IMG/VR virus record: IMGVR_UViG_3300046003_002370
Coordinates: 1-63,602 of that record
DNA length: 63,602 nt
Reading direction: 5' to 3' (one strand)
Source of the DNA: a virus
Taxonomy: Duplodnaviria > Caudoviricetes
The notes under the pieces were generated by a model. It ran no database searches. It saw only the letters and a program-made list of their open reading frames with translations, and was not told the DNA's origin. This document shows, piece by piece, positions 29,450 through 40,728 of the stretch; the stretch's first letter is position 1, and the number at the start of each line of letters is the position of its first letter. Both the position numbers and the translations under genes were made by a program.

Positions 29450-30694
29450 TTAGTGTTTTATCCATTTAGATTGTCCTCTTAATACTTGAGTTATCTCTTC
29501 AAGTTTTATATTAGATAATCTTATTTTGGTATTTCTTAATTTAGCACTTCTTTCTTGTTTTAATCTTTGAACAAGATATTCAGGTTGGTTTACACGACTT
29601 GCGATGATAGCGTGTAGGATATGCGCATACATTGCTTCCTCAGCCATCTTAGGAACTCTGGTGTCTCTATCATAAGCTAATCCATCAGATACATATTCTA
29701 ATACAATAAGTAGACCTACAAGTTGACTAGAAAAAGACATTTTACCTTCTCTATCGTTTATTGTAAACCAACCATTCATATTTGCATATTGCGGATCCAT
29801 TCCGTATCTTCTTTCGTATCCCCAATAACTACCTGTTCCCCAATCAGAACCCCACCAATCTAACGATGCATTGTAATCTAGCGTTGTGTAATATCCATCA
29901 ATCAAAGTGCTATTTGCGGTTGCCCACCGTTCTTCTGTTATTGGCGTTCCTTCTACGTTATCATTAAAGTTATCCTGAGTAGGTATACCCTTGTTATCTT
30001 GAACTGGATTTTCGTATGGGTTTATAGTTAAGTTGTTTGCCGGGTAAATAGGATGTTTAATACCTAAATTATCAATCCAGGCTACTTTAACATAGTTAAC
30101 GTAATCTTGTGGCAATATAACACTCAATGAAGGTGGTATAGTTAGTTCTTGTGATTTAATACTTTTTAATGTATCGTAACTGAATTCTTGCAATCCGCGT
30201 TTAGCGTGAAACATTACATCAGTTCTTTTTACATCGGGTATTAATTTGCCTACTCCGACATAAGCAACTATAAAGTTATTTATAATATCATCTAGGGTAA
30301 TATAAGCATATCCACCATAATTATCTTCTACAGTATTACCATAAGCTTCTCTATCACCGTACTCTCCACCTGTTAGTGTTTTTAACTGGACTACTATATT
30401 AGAACCTTGAGCAATTGAACCTGTTATGGTTATAGTATTTTTTACTACCGTATATGGCAATATATACTCTTCATAAACCGCTCCATTTTGGATTGGCGTA
30501 CTCAAGTATAATTTAAAATTATTTAAAGCATAATTTATATTCTGCGGATCATAACTACCAAATACTAAATCAGTATTAAATGTAAATGTCCATGATTTCC
30601 CAATAGCCGTTGCCGAACTATCATAAAAACCTTGTGCTCCAGCGTAATATTGTCTATTTGTTTCGGTAACTAAACCTCCGTTTGGAAATGGCAT
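29450..30694 (-). CDS. Tail/neck structural protein
   Basis: LPQDYVNYVK and LEYVSDG motifs; located after the capsid genes. Confidence 0.6.
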   Translation of the reverse strand: MPFPNGGLVTETNRQYYAGAQGFYDSSATAIGKSWTFTFNTDLVFGSYDPQNINYALNNFKLYLSTPIQNGAVYEEYILPYTVVKNTITITGSIAQGSNIVVQLKTLTGGEYGDREAYGNTVEDNYGGYAYITLDDIINNFIVAYVGVGKLIPDVKRTDVMFHAKRGLQEFSYDTLKSIKSQELTIPPSLSVILPQDYVNYVKVAWIDNLGIKHPIYPANNLTINPYENPVQDNKGIPTQDNFNDNVEGTPITEERWATANSTLIDGYYTTLDYNASLDWWGSDWGTGSYWGYERRYGMDPQYANMNGWFTINDREGKMSFSSQLVGLLIVLEYVSDGLAYDRDTRVPKMAEEAMYAHILHAIIASRVNQPEYLVQRLKQERSAKLRNTKIRLSNIKLEEITQVLRGQSKWIKH

Positions 30695-30700
30695 ATTTTA

Positions 30701-31639
30701 TTAGCTTTTTGAATTAATTTGTTCTTGTTGAATTTGTTGAGCAGCAACCTGTACTATTTCAGGGTCATTGACTATAACTCCAGAGTAAAGTAATACCCTT
30801 GTTATAACATTTGTTTGTTCAGTTAATGATAACTCAAATGAAGTTGATGAACTTGGATCGTATACATAAGTATAATTGGAAAGAGCTGTTGCCGTGAAAT
30901 TCCATATTACATCTTTAGGTTTTCTAACATAAGATACTGATATACCCGTGTCTATTGATGTAGGATACAATATTAAATGAGAATCTTCATATAAATATAC
31001 AGGATATTTTAATGTAGGTTTTGTTAATGGTGATTTATTTATGTACAACAAATCGTTTCTTTGTATTCTCTGTACTTCTATTTCATCATTGTATATTACA
31101 GTTCCTAATCTATAAAAGTCATTAACGTCAACTGTAATAACCAATTGGATAGCACCACCTGGATTTGAGGTTAAATATATAGTTTGGCCTATTATACTAT
31201 AGAAACTTGGTGGTTGCAATGTGTCAATAACACCCGTTCTTATGTATACCTTAACAATACCGTTCTGTAGTTGAGCTTGTGTTAATGTTGAAAAGTAATA
31301 AGATTGCACACCAGCTGTAGTAGTAATTAGTTCGCTAAATGCACTTAATCCTGAAGATGTTGGTAGTATGGCAATGTTTGAACCCAAGGTTTGGGTACAA
31401 TTGTCTACCGTTTTAAATACAGACATTTCACCATCTATATTTTTTATACGATCAGCATATTCGCTATCGTTATCTGGCACTCGTAATTGTTGATTAAGTC
31501 CTTCAAAATATTCATTGAATATTTCTAATTGAACTTGAGTCGCCGTTTTATTAAATTCGTCAGGGGTTAAGTAACCTCGCTGTTCTTTATTAAGTATTAA
31601 TAAAACTGTTTTATAAACTGTATCTACATTTATGGCCAT
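30701..31639 (-). CDS. Tail tubular/adaptor structural protein
   Basis: NKEQRGYLTPDEFN and YVRKP motifs. Confidence 0.6.
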   Translation of the reverse strand: MAINVDTVYKTVLLILNKEQRGYLTPDEFNKTATQVQLEIFNEYFEGLNQQLRVPDNDSEYADRIKNIDGEMSVFKTVDNCTQTLGSNIAILPTSSGLSAFSELITTTAGVQSYYFSTLTQAQLQNGIVKVYIRTGVIDTLQPPSFYSIIGQTIYLTSNPGGAIQLVITVDVNDFYRLGTVIYNDEIEVQRIQRNDLLYINKSPLTKPTLKYPVYLYEDSHLILYPTSIDTGISVSYVRKPKDVIWNFTATALSNYTYVYDPSSSTSFELSLTEQTNVITRVLLYSGVIVNDPEIVQVAAQQIQQEQINSKS

Positions 31640-31666
31640 TTTATTCTTTTATTAGTTTATACTAAA

Positions 31667-31689
31667 TAAGCCACCAAATAGATGGCTTA
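31667..31689 (-). terminator. Hairpin terminator candidate
   Basis: taagcca/tggctta stem downstream of 31714..32481. Confidence 0.5.
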
Positions 31690-31713
31690 CCTAATATAAA
31701 GTATAATTACACG

Positions 31714-32481
31714 TTATTTCAATTTTTTCTCAATTGACTTAAAGATTTCTACACCTTCGTCTGTCTTGAAGAATGCTGCCATTGCTGAATATGGATTCTC
31801 ATCAAATGGTACAGTCATTAATTTTTTATCATTTGTTGCCCACGTAAAAGTACGTTGATCTTGGGATAATCTTATGATGTTCGCTTCGCATGCTTTGATA
31901 GCAAAATTACGAAGTTGTACGTTTTCGTCATTAGCTAGTTCTAAGAACAAATCTGGATTTCTCTTAGCAAATAGTAATAAATCTCTTTTTATCTCCTTAG
32001 AAGTCATCTTAGACGCTCTAGATCCAATCTCAACTCGCAATATAGCTTCCGCTTGATCAATGTCAATTGTAGAAGCAGCCGTCATAGCTTGTAATTGTAA
32101 TTCTAAGTCATCAAGTTCACTTACGGCTTCCATAATTGCATCAAACTCGTAGTACTTGTTGTTTAGCATTGGATGGTAAAGCGATAATATTTTTTGTAAA
32201 TTTTGTTTTTCTTTTGGAACGGTTAATACTCCCTCTCTAAACACGATGTGTCCCAAGGTTGCGGTCCCTTTTTGAGCACTAACAAAAGGACTGCTCATAT
32301 TGGTTGCGTATCTTAATTCTTCTTGGTCACCAGTCTCGCTATTAGTCCATAACAACGGAAATCTTTGAGAATGTCTCGCAGCTATTGTGTATGTTAATGG
32401 GTTGTGATTTCCTTTTAATAAGTACGTTCTATCTTTTATCTCCCAAGCAGGAGTTACTTCATTTATTTTTTTTACTGACAT
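31714..32481 (-). CDS. Conserved protein immediately downstream of the major capsid gene
   Basis: 255-aa ORF; position. Confidence 0.6.
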   Translation of the reverse strand: MSVKKINEVTPAWEIKDRTYLLKGNHNPLTYTIAARHSQRFPLLWTNSETGDQEELRYATNMSSPFVSAQKGTATLGHIVFREGVLTVPKEKQNLQKILSLYHPMLNNKYYEFDAIMEAVSELDDLELQLQAMTAASTIDIDQAEAILRVEIGSRASKMTSKEIKRDLLLFAKRNPDLFLELANDENVQLRNFAIKACEANIIRLSQDQRTFTWATNDKKLMTVPFDENPYSAMAAFFKTDEGVEIFKSIEKKLK

Positions 32482-32515
32482 AATATAATATAATTAATTT
32501 TTTTTATTTAAAAAG

Positions 32516-32552
32516 CAAAAATTGCCCCTGTCAGTTCAACAAGGGCAAAATT
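32516..32552 (-). terminator. Terminator downstream of the major capsid gene
   Basis: ttgccc/gggcaa stem with a T-run on the minus strand. Confidence 0.6.
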
Positions 32553-32569
32553 TACATATTGTAATCTAA

Positions 32570-34018
32570 CTAGACTACTGAAGTAAACAACACAAAGTTG
32601 TTAGCTCCTTGCACACATAAACATCTTTCAGACAAGAAGTTTACCTCCATTGCATCAAGGTCAGAAGTGTAAGCTCCTCCAACAGATCCAGTTACCCAAG
32701 ATTTCATTCTTCTATCGTCGGCTTGAGCAGCTCTGTAGCGAACGTGTAAGAATGGTCTACGGATATTTGTACCTAAGATTTGGTCGTATACAGTAGATGT
32801 TCCAGCTGGAACCAAAACTCCATCAATACCAGAATTAGCAACGCCTCCACGAGTAGAAGCATCATTCAAGTATTTCCAATCAGTTTTGTAAAAATCATAA
32901 GATCCTCTACGGAAACCAGAGAAACCAAGGTTAAGCGCCATTTCAGATGAGTTTTCAAACAAACCATAAGCAACACCACCGGCAGCCCCAGAAGATAATG
33001 CAGCAAGCATATCATCAAATTCAAGGGATGTTTCACGGTTTAAGAATAACATGTTTTCTTCAATAGCTCCTTGAGTATCTAAGTTTTTCAAGATTGAATC
33101 AAACTCAGCCAAACCACCAGCGGCTGTAAAGTTGTTCTGAACATTACCTCTGCTTTGAACAGCAGCAAATAAACCTTCAGTACCTTTTTTACCAGCAGAT
33201 GCAGCAGCAGAACCAGTAGAAGCTAATTCGCCTTCTACAACAGACATTTCAAGATAGTCTTCAAAACGCAATCTTGTTTCAGATTCTGCTTTCAAATACC
33301 AGTAGTATCCAGAAGCACCTTCTTCAGTAGCAATTTCTACCCATCCGATCTGAGCTGTATCAGATCCATTAACTACATATTTATTACGGATAATAATAGG
33401 AGAATTAGAAAATTGAGTAAATGAAGGCGTAATACTTTGATAGTTATCACCTGCTAAAGTAGAGCCTTTTGCATATTCAGAACCATAAACAAAAATCTTC
33501 ACATTACCAGCAACCTCAGTAATTCCAGCGGCAGCTAAAGTAGCAGCAGTATAAGGAGCAACTGTAAGAGCTCCCGTAGTTACGTTACTAGCAGTAACCA
33601 AAGCTTTTACTTCCACGCCTGTAGTAGGGTTTAAAATAACAATTGTTTGGTTGATAGAAATAACGTTAGCAATATAATCAGCTGGGTTAGCCGGAGTCAA
33701 TGCTACTGGAATTGTAATAATATTAGCTGCATCATCAGTTACAACTACTCCGTTGTAAGCAATATGCAATCTATTTTGTTCAGACCAGATAACTTGGTCA
33801 GATGTCATTGGCATTTCTGCTCCTACCATACGCAAGAATCCAGAAAGAGTTCTGTTTCCGTAACGCTCTACTTCTTGTTCGTAGATTTCAGGTAAATATT
33901 GTTGTGCAAAAGAAGAAAACTCAGGATTAGTTGGATCCGTAAAGTTTAAGTAATTGGTATCTAATGCTTGTTGTTTCTGTGAAGGCTTAATGCTTCCGAA
34001 CGTTGGTGTAATCGCCAT
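32570..34018 (-). CDS. Major capsid protein
   Basis: 482 aa after portal and scaffold, followed by a terminator; QQYLP, WSEQNRLH, GTEGLFAA motifs. Confidence 0.8.
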   Translation of the reverse strand: MAITPTFGSIKPSQKQQALDTNYLNFTDPTNPEFSSFAQQYLPEIYEQEVERYGNRTLSGFLRMVGAEMPMTSDQVIWSEQNRLHIAYNGVVVTDDAANIITIPVALTPANPADYIANVISINQTIVILNPTTGVEVKALVTASNVTTGALTVAPYTAATLAAAGITEVAGNVKIFVYGSEYAKGSTLAGDNYQSITPSFTQFSNSPIIIRNKYVVNGSDTAQIGWVEIATEEGASGYYWYLKAESETRLRFEDYLEMSVVEGELASTGSAAASAGKKGTEGLFAAVQSRGNVQNNFTAAGGLAEFDSILKNLDTQGAIEENMLFLNRETSLEFDDMLAALSSGAAGGVAYGLFENSSEMALNLGFSGFRRGSYDFYKTDWKYLNDASTRGGVANSGIDGVLVPAGTSTVYDQILGTNIRRPFLHVRYRAAQADDRRMKSWVTGSVGGAYTSDLDAMEVNFLSERCLCVQGANNFVLFTSVV

Positions 34019-34037
34019 AATTTTTAGCTTTTAATTT

Positions 34038-35234
34038 TTAGTGTCTTTTTTGAATTCTAAGTTTTGAGGTATCTACCCCGTTTATTGCTCTTACTTTAAA
34101 TCCACCAATATTCAAATTACTAGCATTTTGTCTAGGTTCAGTTGAAATATTATTTGATTTTGCAACTACTTCTTTTAGAGCGTCGGCTTTACCCTGCTCG
34201 TAAAAGTGTTTAGCCAAAGAGTCGGCATTGTCTGCTGCGTAAATCGCTTTATGATAACCTTTAACATCTGTTACTTGACCATCTTTATCTAAGAACTTCT
34301 TAATTAGGTTAGTGATGTTTGATTGTTTATCAGCAACTACTTCTGGATTAGAAACCCCATACCTAAAACTTTTTTCGCCTAAATTGAAATCAAAACCTTT
34401 GAAATCTTGAGAGAAAAATTGTTTAGTGTTGGTTTTAAATCCTTCATGTTGTTGTTCAACAGACTCTTGCTCCGCGTTATATCGATTAAAAAAATCCATA
34501 GCTTTTTGTTGATCCTTGTTTACCGACGGTCTCAACTTGATCTCGTCATAGTATTTACTTTTGGTATCTTCTAAAAACACTTTGGCTTTATTAACCTCTT
34601 CCTTGAAAGCAAGCTTTTTTCTTTTTATATCTCTATCATCATCTAAGTCCTCATCATAACTAAAGTTTTCTTCCATTATAAATTGGATCTCTTCAGCATC
34701 TAAATGTGGTCTAGATTTTCTATAGTATTCTCTTAACAGTATATCTGGCGAAGCAGATGAGTAATCCGCATTCAAGCGAACGTAGTCTTCTACCGTTCCG
34801 CCAGTTTCTTCCATAAATGTAACTAACTTTTCGATGTTCTCGGGAAGCGCTCTGCCACTATTCTTTTCTGCAGCAATTGCATTAGTAGTTTCCTCAATTA
34901 AAGTATTTACTTGAGTTTGTACTTCCGCATTTGGAATCTCTGTAATAGTGTTTGTTACTTCTTCGTTTTGGCTTTCAATGGCAACGTTTTTATTGACTTC
35001 GTTTCCTGTGCCCACTTCTTGCAATCCCACTTCGGGCTGTTTTGGGTCCAACACGCTTTCATTTGTGCTTTGTTCTTGAACGGCATTTTCCTGTGGTTTA
35101 TTAGTTAAATCTACTTTTGTTACTTCTTGAGCTGTGGTAATTTTTGTTATCGCAGGTTCATTACCTAACTTTTTCATTGCAGGTTTTCTTTTCTGCATTT
35201 TAAAAGTTCCTTCTTGTGCTGTGTTTTCTGACAT
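34038..35234 (-). CDS. Putative capsid scaffolding protein
   Basis: Acidic low-complexity N-terminus; lies between portal and MCP; AKHFYEQGKAD. Confidence 0.65.
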   Translation of the reverse strand: MSENTAQEGTFKMQKRKPAMKKLGNEPAITKITTAQEVTKVDLTNKPQENAVQEQSTNESVLDPKQPEVGLQEVGTGNEVNKNVAIESQNEEVTNTITEIPNAEVQTQVNTLIEETTNAIAAEKNSGRALPENIEKLVTFMEETGGTVEDYVRLNADYSSASPDILLREYYRKSRPHLDAEEIQFIMEENFSYDEDLDDDRDIKRKKLAFKEEVNKAKVFLEDTKSKYYDEIKLRPSVNKDQQKAMDFFNRYNAEQESVEQQHEGFKTNTKQFFSQDFKGFDFNLGEKSFRYGVSNPEVVADKQSNITNLIKKFLDKDGQVTDVKGYHKAIYAADNADSLAKHFYEQGKADALKEVVAKSNNISTEPRQNASNLNIGGFKVRAINGVDTSKLRIQKRH

Positions 35235-35265
35235 GATATAATATTATAAAATTGGTTATTATTAT

Positions 35266-37677
35266 TTATCCAAATAATCCGGTACCTAAACTACTTAAGT
35301 TATCAAAATCTGATTCAAAATCTTTTGGTGCAGAATCATTTTTCTTTTGATCTATTAATTGGCTTTGTTGTGTACCTTGCATTTTTGTTCTAGCATCTTT
35401 ACGATCTTCAATTGCTTTTATTTTTTGATTTTGCGATTGAGCATCTATACCTGCTATTTGTAATTTGTAATTAAATTCGTCTGCCATTAATTGTTTCTTA
35501 ACGGCTAACTCCTCGTGTAATCTTTGTATTTCAAAGTTTGCTTTTGCTTGCTCAATTTGAATCTGTGTTTGGGCTAGAGCTTGCTGCTTTTGTACCTCTG
35601 CCATAGCTGCATCTTGAGCGGCTTGAGTATTAAGCTGCGACTGCTGTTGCATCATTGCTTGCTGAGCCTGTTGCGCTTGTTCAGCTTTTTTCTTACGTCT
35701 ATATTTTAACGATTGATTAGCTAACTTTAAATTTTTAATCTGTCTAAGGTCAATAGCATCGTCTAAATCAATTCCTCCTGATTGCAAAGCTATTTGTATG
35801 TTCTGTTCTAATTGTGCCTTTTCTTCTTCGTCCGGCTCCAACTCTAAAAATATACCAAAATCATGCAAGTTCAATTGTTCTAATTCTCTTAACGTTTCGG
35901 CATTAAATATAGATATACTTTGTTTTAAAGCTTGAGCAGTTAACGGAAACTTTAATGCGTCCGCAACTCTTAAGGATATATTCTCACATAGTCTTAATGT
36001 AATGAATTGACTAGATTGGTTTATATGCTTAGTTGCTGTGTTAGACGCGTTAGCAGCCATCTTTTGTAACCCAACTAATGAATCTTTTTCCGGCATACTT
36101 CCATCTCTAGCTTCGTTCAACCCAGTTACGTCTCTTATCATTTGTAAATAATACTGATACGTAGAGATCAATGATTGTATTTTAGCCCCACCTGCCGATG
36201 TTTGTAATTCTTGAATTGGCACCTTTGCTGGATTACCTGAGCCGTCTTGCGTCATGGATCTACCAACAATACTACCGGTTTGGAAATACATATTCAATGC
36301 TTCTGCCGCGTTATAATTTGTACCATTACCTAAATCAACTTCAGCTAATCCATCAACATCAACAAAAACTCCATCAGGTACCATTCTTGATAGCACTTGT
36401 TGTAATTTTAAATGTGTCAACTGAATCATATCCGCAAAACCAGTAATTCTACCTACCGTAGACTCTATAACTCCTTTGTACATTCTAGGAGCACAGACAA
36501 CATAATTCATTTCAACTTTAGTCGTGTCCGCATACGGGCGTGTCATATTCTCTGACAATTCCCATTTAAGCATTTTCTTATGACCTAATATTTTTGCTCC
36601 AGTATATAATACCTCTATTGATCTTGAGATAGTAGTAAAGTTATCATTTACAGGTGGATTAAATGTATCCGGTTTTTGCAATGCTTTTTCAAGTCCGGTA
36701 TCGGTTTGTTTGATCTTGAATACTTGGGTTGTATAAGTTTTGTATTCAAAATATAAAACTTGTACATTAGAACCTTTATAATCCTGTCCATTCCAATTGT
36801 TAAGATAATTTCTATCTCCTGGGTATTTTTCTATTTCTAATAGATCCTCATCGGTTAGATTAGGAAATTCTTTTTTTAATTCTTCAAGACTAATAGATTT
36901 CGCCTCCCCAATGTAATATAAATCCTCAAAGTTTGGATCCTCAGTATAAGAATATACTAAGTTTGCTGGATCTACATATTCTACTTTAATGCCCTCGGCT
37001 TTAGTAAAATTTGTTTTACCTGCGGCAATACCTATTGTAACTAAATCGTAGTTTAATCTTCTACTAATGAGTTCGTATTTATTACGGTCCAGCACATTGT
37101 TTATAACTTCCTCCTCAGCTATTTCAACAGACTCTTTATAATCTAATTGTAATCTAAGCTGTAATTCATCATCATCTTGAGGCAAAGAAGCAGGATCAAC
37201 TGTACTAAATAAGTTGACACCATATTGTTCTTTAACCTGGGAAAAGTATGCTTTGTTTTGCATATCACGGATCATTCCTTGTGCAAAAGCGGTTTTCTTA
37301 TTTATAGACTCAGGATCCTGTGCAAAAGCATTAATTTCAAATACTTTGTCAGAAATACCATTAACCATAATATCAACAAACTTTGGTATTACGGGTACAA
37401 TCTTCCAATCTAAATTTAAGTAAGATAAATCTCCATTAATTGAAAATTCATCTTTATATTTTTTTATAGATTGTTCACCTCTAGCATACAACCTTAATGT
37501 ATTAAATTTATTCCAGTTGGATCCCCATCGGTTACCAGCACCATACCCAGATTTATTACCTGAAAACCATTCATTTTCAATAGCTCTTCCAACGGCTTCA
37601 CCGTATTCTAAACTTTGTTTTACTTCATCAGGTACAACCTGACTTGGAAAAGAACTATTAGTATTAGTATAAATCAT
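35266..37677 (-). CDS. Portal protein
   Basis: 803 aa after TerL; RLYARGEQ, IRDVTGLNEARDG, Gln-rich coiled-coil C-terminus. Confidence 0.8.
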   Translation of the reverse strand: MIYTNTNSSFPSQVVPDEVKQSLEYGEAVGRAIENEWFSGNKSGYGAGNRWGSNWNKFNTLRLYARGEQSIKKYKDEFSINGDLSYLNLDWKIVPVIPKFVDIMVNGISDKVFEINAFAQDPESINKKTAFAQGMIRDMQNKAYFSQVKEQYGVNLFSTVDPASLPQDDDELQLRLQLDYKESVEIAEEEVINNVLDRNKYELISRRLNYDLVTIGIAAGKTNFTKAEGIKVEYVDPANLVYSYTEDPNFEDLYYIGEAKSISLEELKKEFPNLTDEDLLEIEKYPGDRNYLNNWNGQDYKGSNVQVLYFEYKTYTTQVFKIKQTDTGLEKALQKPDTFNPPVNDNFTTISRSIEVLYTGAKILGHKKMLKWELSENMTRPYADTTKVEMNYVVCAPRMYKGVIESTVGRITGFADMIQLTHLKLQQVLSRMVPDGVFVDVDGLAEVDLGNGTNYNAAEALNMYFQTGSIVGRSMTQDGSGNPAKVPIQELQTSAGGAKIQSLISTYQYYLQMIRDVTGLNEARDGSMPEKDSLVGLQKMAANASNTATKHINQSSQFITLRLCENISLRVADALKFPLTAQALKQSISIFNAETLRELEQLNLHDFGIFLELEPDEEEKAQLEQNIQIALQSGGIDLDDAIDLRQIKNLKLANQSLKYRRKKKAEQAQQAQQAMMQQQSQLNTQAAQDAAMAEVQKQQALAQTQIQIEQAKANFEIQRLHEELAVKKQLMADEFNYKLQIAGIDAQSQNQKIKAIEDRKDARTKMQGTQQSQLIDQKKNDSAPKDFESDFDNLSSLGTGLFG

Positions 37678-39900
37678 TTATTTTATTATTTGTGAATTAT
37701 CTCCTGAATTATTATATTTTCTAAAATTTAAAGGTTTAGTATCCTTCATAAATTTTGCCGTCGGTGTATACAAATGCCTATTACAAGCCATAATAGCTAA
37801 CCCAGAACTTATCGATGCATCATGTTTGGTTCTATTGTTTATATCAAACTTCGCCCAATCATTTAGTGTATTTTGAAAATACAGAGTACCATAACTTTCA
37901 CCATTATAACCAACGTTTCTATCGATATAAGACTCTATTGCTGATGCGTGAGCTTGCTTAATATCCTCACTAGAGTTCGGTATTCCACCTATTTCTTTTT
38001 CGCTTACTGACAAATTATTCCAAACCTTATCGGGTCTGTTCATTGAAAATCCTCTGTAACCTCTTCTTTTGAAATGAAATAGCAATCTAGGTTTATTATT
38101 TTCTGCTAATATCGGCATGCCATAAAATACACAAGCCATTAACACATCTTCAAAAAATATCTCAGCTGTCTGAGGTCTTGCAATATATTCTAAAAAGAAA
38201 TGGTTTGGAGGAACGTCTTCCATTGAAAACTTAGTTAATCCATGTAATGCGCCATTCGATCCTTTGCCATCAACTGTTCCTGATATATCATAGCTATCAC
38301 AACCAAAAGCTCCACAGTGTTCATTACCTGGAAATTGTATTCCATCCTTTATTATTACGCGGTTTTGCAAGTGTTTAGGCGGAACCCAAGATATTAAAAA
38401 CCTACCATCTTTATTTGGATAAAAATCCACAACTGTGTCTTGCACTCCATTAGCCCATTGAAAACTGCCTCTTGTTAATACATTGGTGTTTTTCAGGTCG
38501 GCATTGTAATCTATTTGTTCGTATATTTTTGTAAGATTGAACAAAGATTGCTTTGCTTCATCTCTAAATGCGTGTTGTTCTGTTCTTGGGAATTGGCGAT
38601 AATATTCATTTAATCCATCAGGATCTGATTTTAAACCATCAACCTCATTTTGCCAGTGTTCAATAACGCCGTAATCTATTAAATTCTTATCAACACCTAA
38701 TATAGGTTTTGCTGGGGTATCAAATACTGGTATACCATATATATCAATAAAACCTTCATAAGACCATTCCATTGGTATAAATAAACTGTATAAACCTGAA
38801 CTTGTTTGTCCATTTAAGTTTCGCTTATTTACATTGGAATTGTAGTATAATTTCATAAAGTTGTCTCCTCCTTTACTTAGCGCGTTTGATGTTGAACCCA
38901 TCATACACTTACCAATAATTCTACTACCTAATCGTAAACAAGTTTTAGTAACTCGCCAGTTGTTTAATATATTATCTGGTCGTTCCCATTTTCCACTCTC
39001 ATCATGAGCAAGCATTTTAAGTTTCTCACCATCATAAGAGTTATCTCCTGTATTCTTCCAGTCAATTGTTGTATCAAGACCTTCTAATTCCTCTAGCTTT
39101 TCATTACTATCTAATTTCTTTCTAGTGAATTTTGAAGCTGGTATACGATATGCAATCTCTGTTTTTGGACGATCCATACCATCTTGTATAGGTCTAAAAA
39201 AGAAAGGGTAGTTAACGGATATTGGAACAACCTTGTCTGTAAACATTTTTTTAGCATCCGCCCCTGACTTTGATAATATACCAAAACGGGCATCGCTAGA
39301 TATAGTTGCTTGGTTTACAAGTTCTGCAGAAGACATAAATGAAAATCCAGAACGTCTATTTTTTAAATAACACATTCCGTATGATCTTTCGTCCGCTTTA
39401 CAAGCTTCCCAAAATATAAAAAACAATCTATTTGATTCTCTAAAATCTGCAACTCCAACATCTATCTTGCTCCATTGCAAGTACATATAGTGCGTACCGG
39501 TTATATAAGTAGGTTTTCCATTGTTGTAGAACGAATAACCTTCTTCCCTATACTTAAATTCGTTGTCAATATAATCATACCACCTATCTTTAAAATGGTC
39601 TGGTTTATCGTTCCAATCGAATACATTATTTATTTTACTTAACTCTTTTGGATATTCTAATTGTTCCCAAAATTGTTCTTCTTTAACGTTTGATCTTTTA
39701 TGAGAGTCTTCAATTAACGGTAACGCTATCTTTAAACCTTGAATTTCAAGTACTTCACCAATCTTTCCAGTTTTACTAATAACAACCATATCATGGTCTT
39801 TATTATACCCATACTTCCATTTTTTAAGACGATTACTTTGCTTAACCACGCTAGGTTTAACATAATCGTTTATTACTTTATATAAAGACTGTTCGTACAT
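37678..39900 (-). CDS. terL: Terminase large subunit
   Basis: LKNRRSGFS Walker A-like, HDESGKW Walker B, GSTSN, nuclease GCDSYD...HDASIS. Confidence 0.9.
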   Translation of the reverse strand: MYEQSLYKVINDYVKPSVVKQSNRLKKWKYGYNKDHDMVVISKTGKIGEVLEIQGLKIALPLIEDSHKRSNVKEEQFWEQLEYPKELSKINNVFDWNDKPDHFKDRWYDYIDNEFKYREEGYSFYNNGKPTYITGTHYMYLQWSKIDVGVADFRESNRLFFIFWEACKADERSYGMCYLKNRRSGFSFMSSAELVNQATISSDARFGILSKSGADAKKMFTDKVVPISVNYPFFFRPIQDGMDRPKTEIAYRIPASKFTRKKLDSNEKLEELEGLDTTIDWKNTGDNSYDGEKLKMLAHDESGKWERPDNILNNWRVTKTCLRLGSRIIGKCMMGSTSNALSKGGDNFMKLYYNSNVNKRNLNGQTSSGLYSLFIPMEWSYEGFIDIYGIPVFDTPAKPILGVDKNLIDYGVIEHWQNEVDGLKSDPDGLNEYYRQFPRTEQHAFRDEAKQSLFNLTKIYEQIDYNADLKNTNVLTRGSFQWANGVQDTVVDFYPNKDGRFLISWVPPKHLQNRVIIKDGIQFPGNEHCGAFGCDSYDISGTVDGKGSNGALHGLTKFSMEDVPPNHFFLEYIARPQTAEIFFEDVLMACVFYGMPILAENNKPRLLFHFKRRGYRGFSMNRPDKVWNNLSVSEKEIGGIPNSSEDIKQAHASAIESYIDRNVGYNGESYGTLYFQNTLNDWAKFDINNRTKHDASISSGLAIMACNRHLYTPTAKFMKDTKPLNFRKYNNSGDNSQIIK

Positions 39901-40175
39901 TACTTAGATCTCCCTTCTGCAAAACCTTTAAATGACTTTATAGTTGAATCTATAGGTTTTTCTTCAAGTAGTTCAGCTTCTAAATTAATCCTGTTTAGAA
40001 TTTCAAAAGCATCGAATATTGCAAGTTTTTTTGTGGCGGCAGCATTCTTAAGTTTATCGGCAGACAAATCGTCGTCGCCGTTATCTAAGATAGCTTCTTC
40101 AGCAACTTTTATTAATTCAAGAACTGCTTTGTGACCAGCTTGGATTATACTCTGTTTCGTTTCCTTTATATTCAT
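39900..40175 (-). CDS. Small protein directly upstream of TerL, possible terminase small subunit
   Basis: 91-aa helical ORF abutting terL; assignment from position only. Confidence 0.4.
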   Translation of the reverse strand: MNIKETKQSIIQAGHKAVLELIKVAEEAILDNGDDDLSADKLKNAAATKKLAIFDAFEILNRINLEAELLEEKPIDSTIKSFKGFAEGRSK

Positions 40176-40728
40176 ATTTAATTACAATATCATTTGATTT
40201 CATACAATATAACCTCTGATTATCTATAATAAATTCAAACTCGCCAAATGGAGTATAACCTATTAGATCACCAGGGTTGATTTCAAGCTTGTTTAAGGAC
40301 TCATTGCTATATTTTAGTATTCCAATAAGCCTTTGTTCTTTGTCTAGCTTAAAATGATCCATATTCTTTATTGGTTTAACAAAACACCTGTCTCCGAATG
40401 CTTTCCAACTTCCGTAATCACCATACATGTATATTTGATCCAAGTCTACAAAAAACAAATCTTCCATAAAATATGAACGACTATTTTTTTGTAATCCTTT
40501 AACATCATAGAATCTTCTAAATACATTGTGGTGAATTATTATTTTATCACCAACTTTTATATTAGTATTAAATGCAAGTGGTATTGCCACAACTTCCGCT
40601 GTGTTATTAACTGATTTAAAACTTTCTATTCTGGTATTCAGTATTAATTCTTGACCTTCTACACTTATGGTATTATCGTATCTTTTACCTACTGGTTTTA
40701 CTATAAAACTAGAAAGGGCTCTCATCAA
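40117..40728 (-). CDS. Protein with two tandem GroES-like segments
   Basis: FIVKP...VVAIP...IKVGDKII and GDRCFVKP...INPGDLIGY...MKSNDIV. Confidence 0.55.
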   Translation of the reverse strand: MMRALSSFIVKPVGKRYDNTISVEGQELILNTRIESFKSVNNTAEVVAIPLAFNTNIKVGDKIIIHHNVFRRFYDVKGLQKNSRSYFMEDLFFVDLDQIYMYGDYGSWKAFGDRCFVKPIKNMDHFKLDKEQRLIGILKYSNESLNKLEINPGDLIGYTPFGEFEFIIDNQRLYCMKSNDIVIKYEYKGNETEYNPSWSQSSS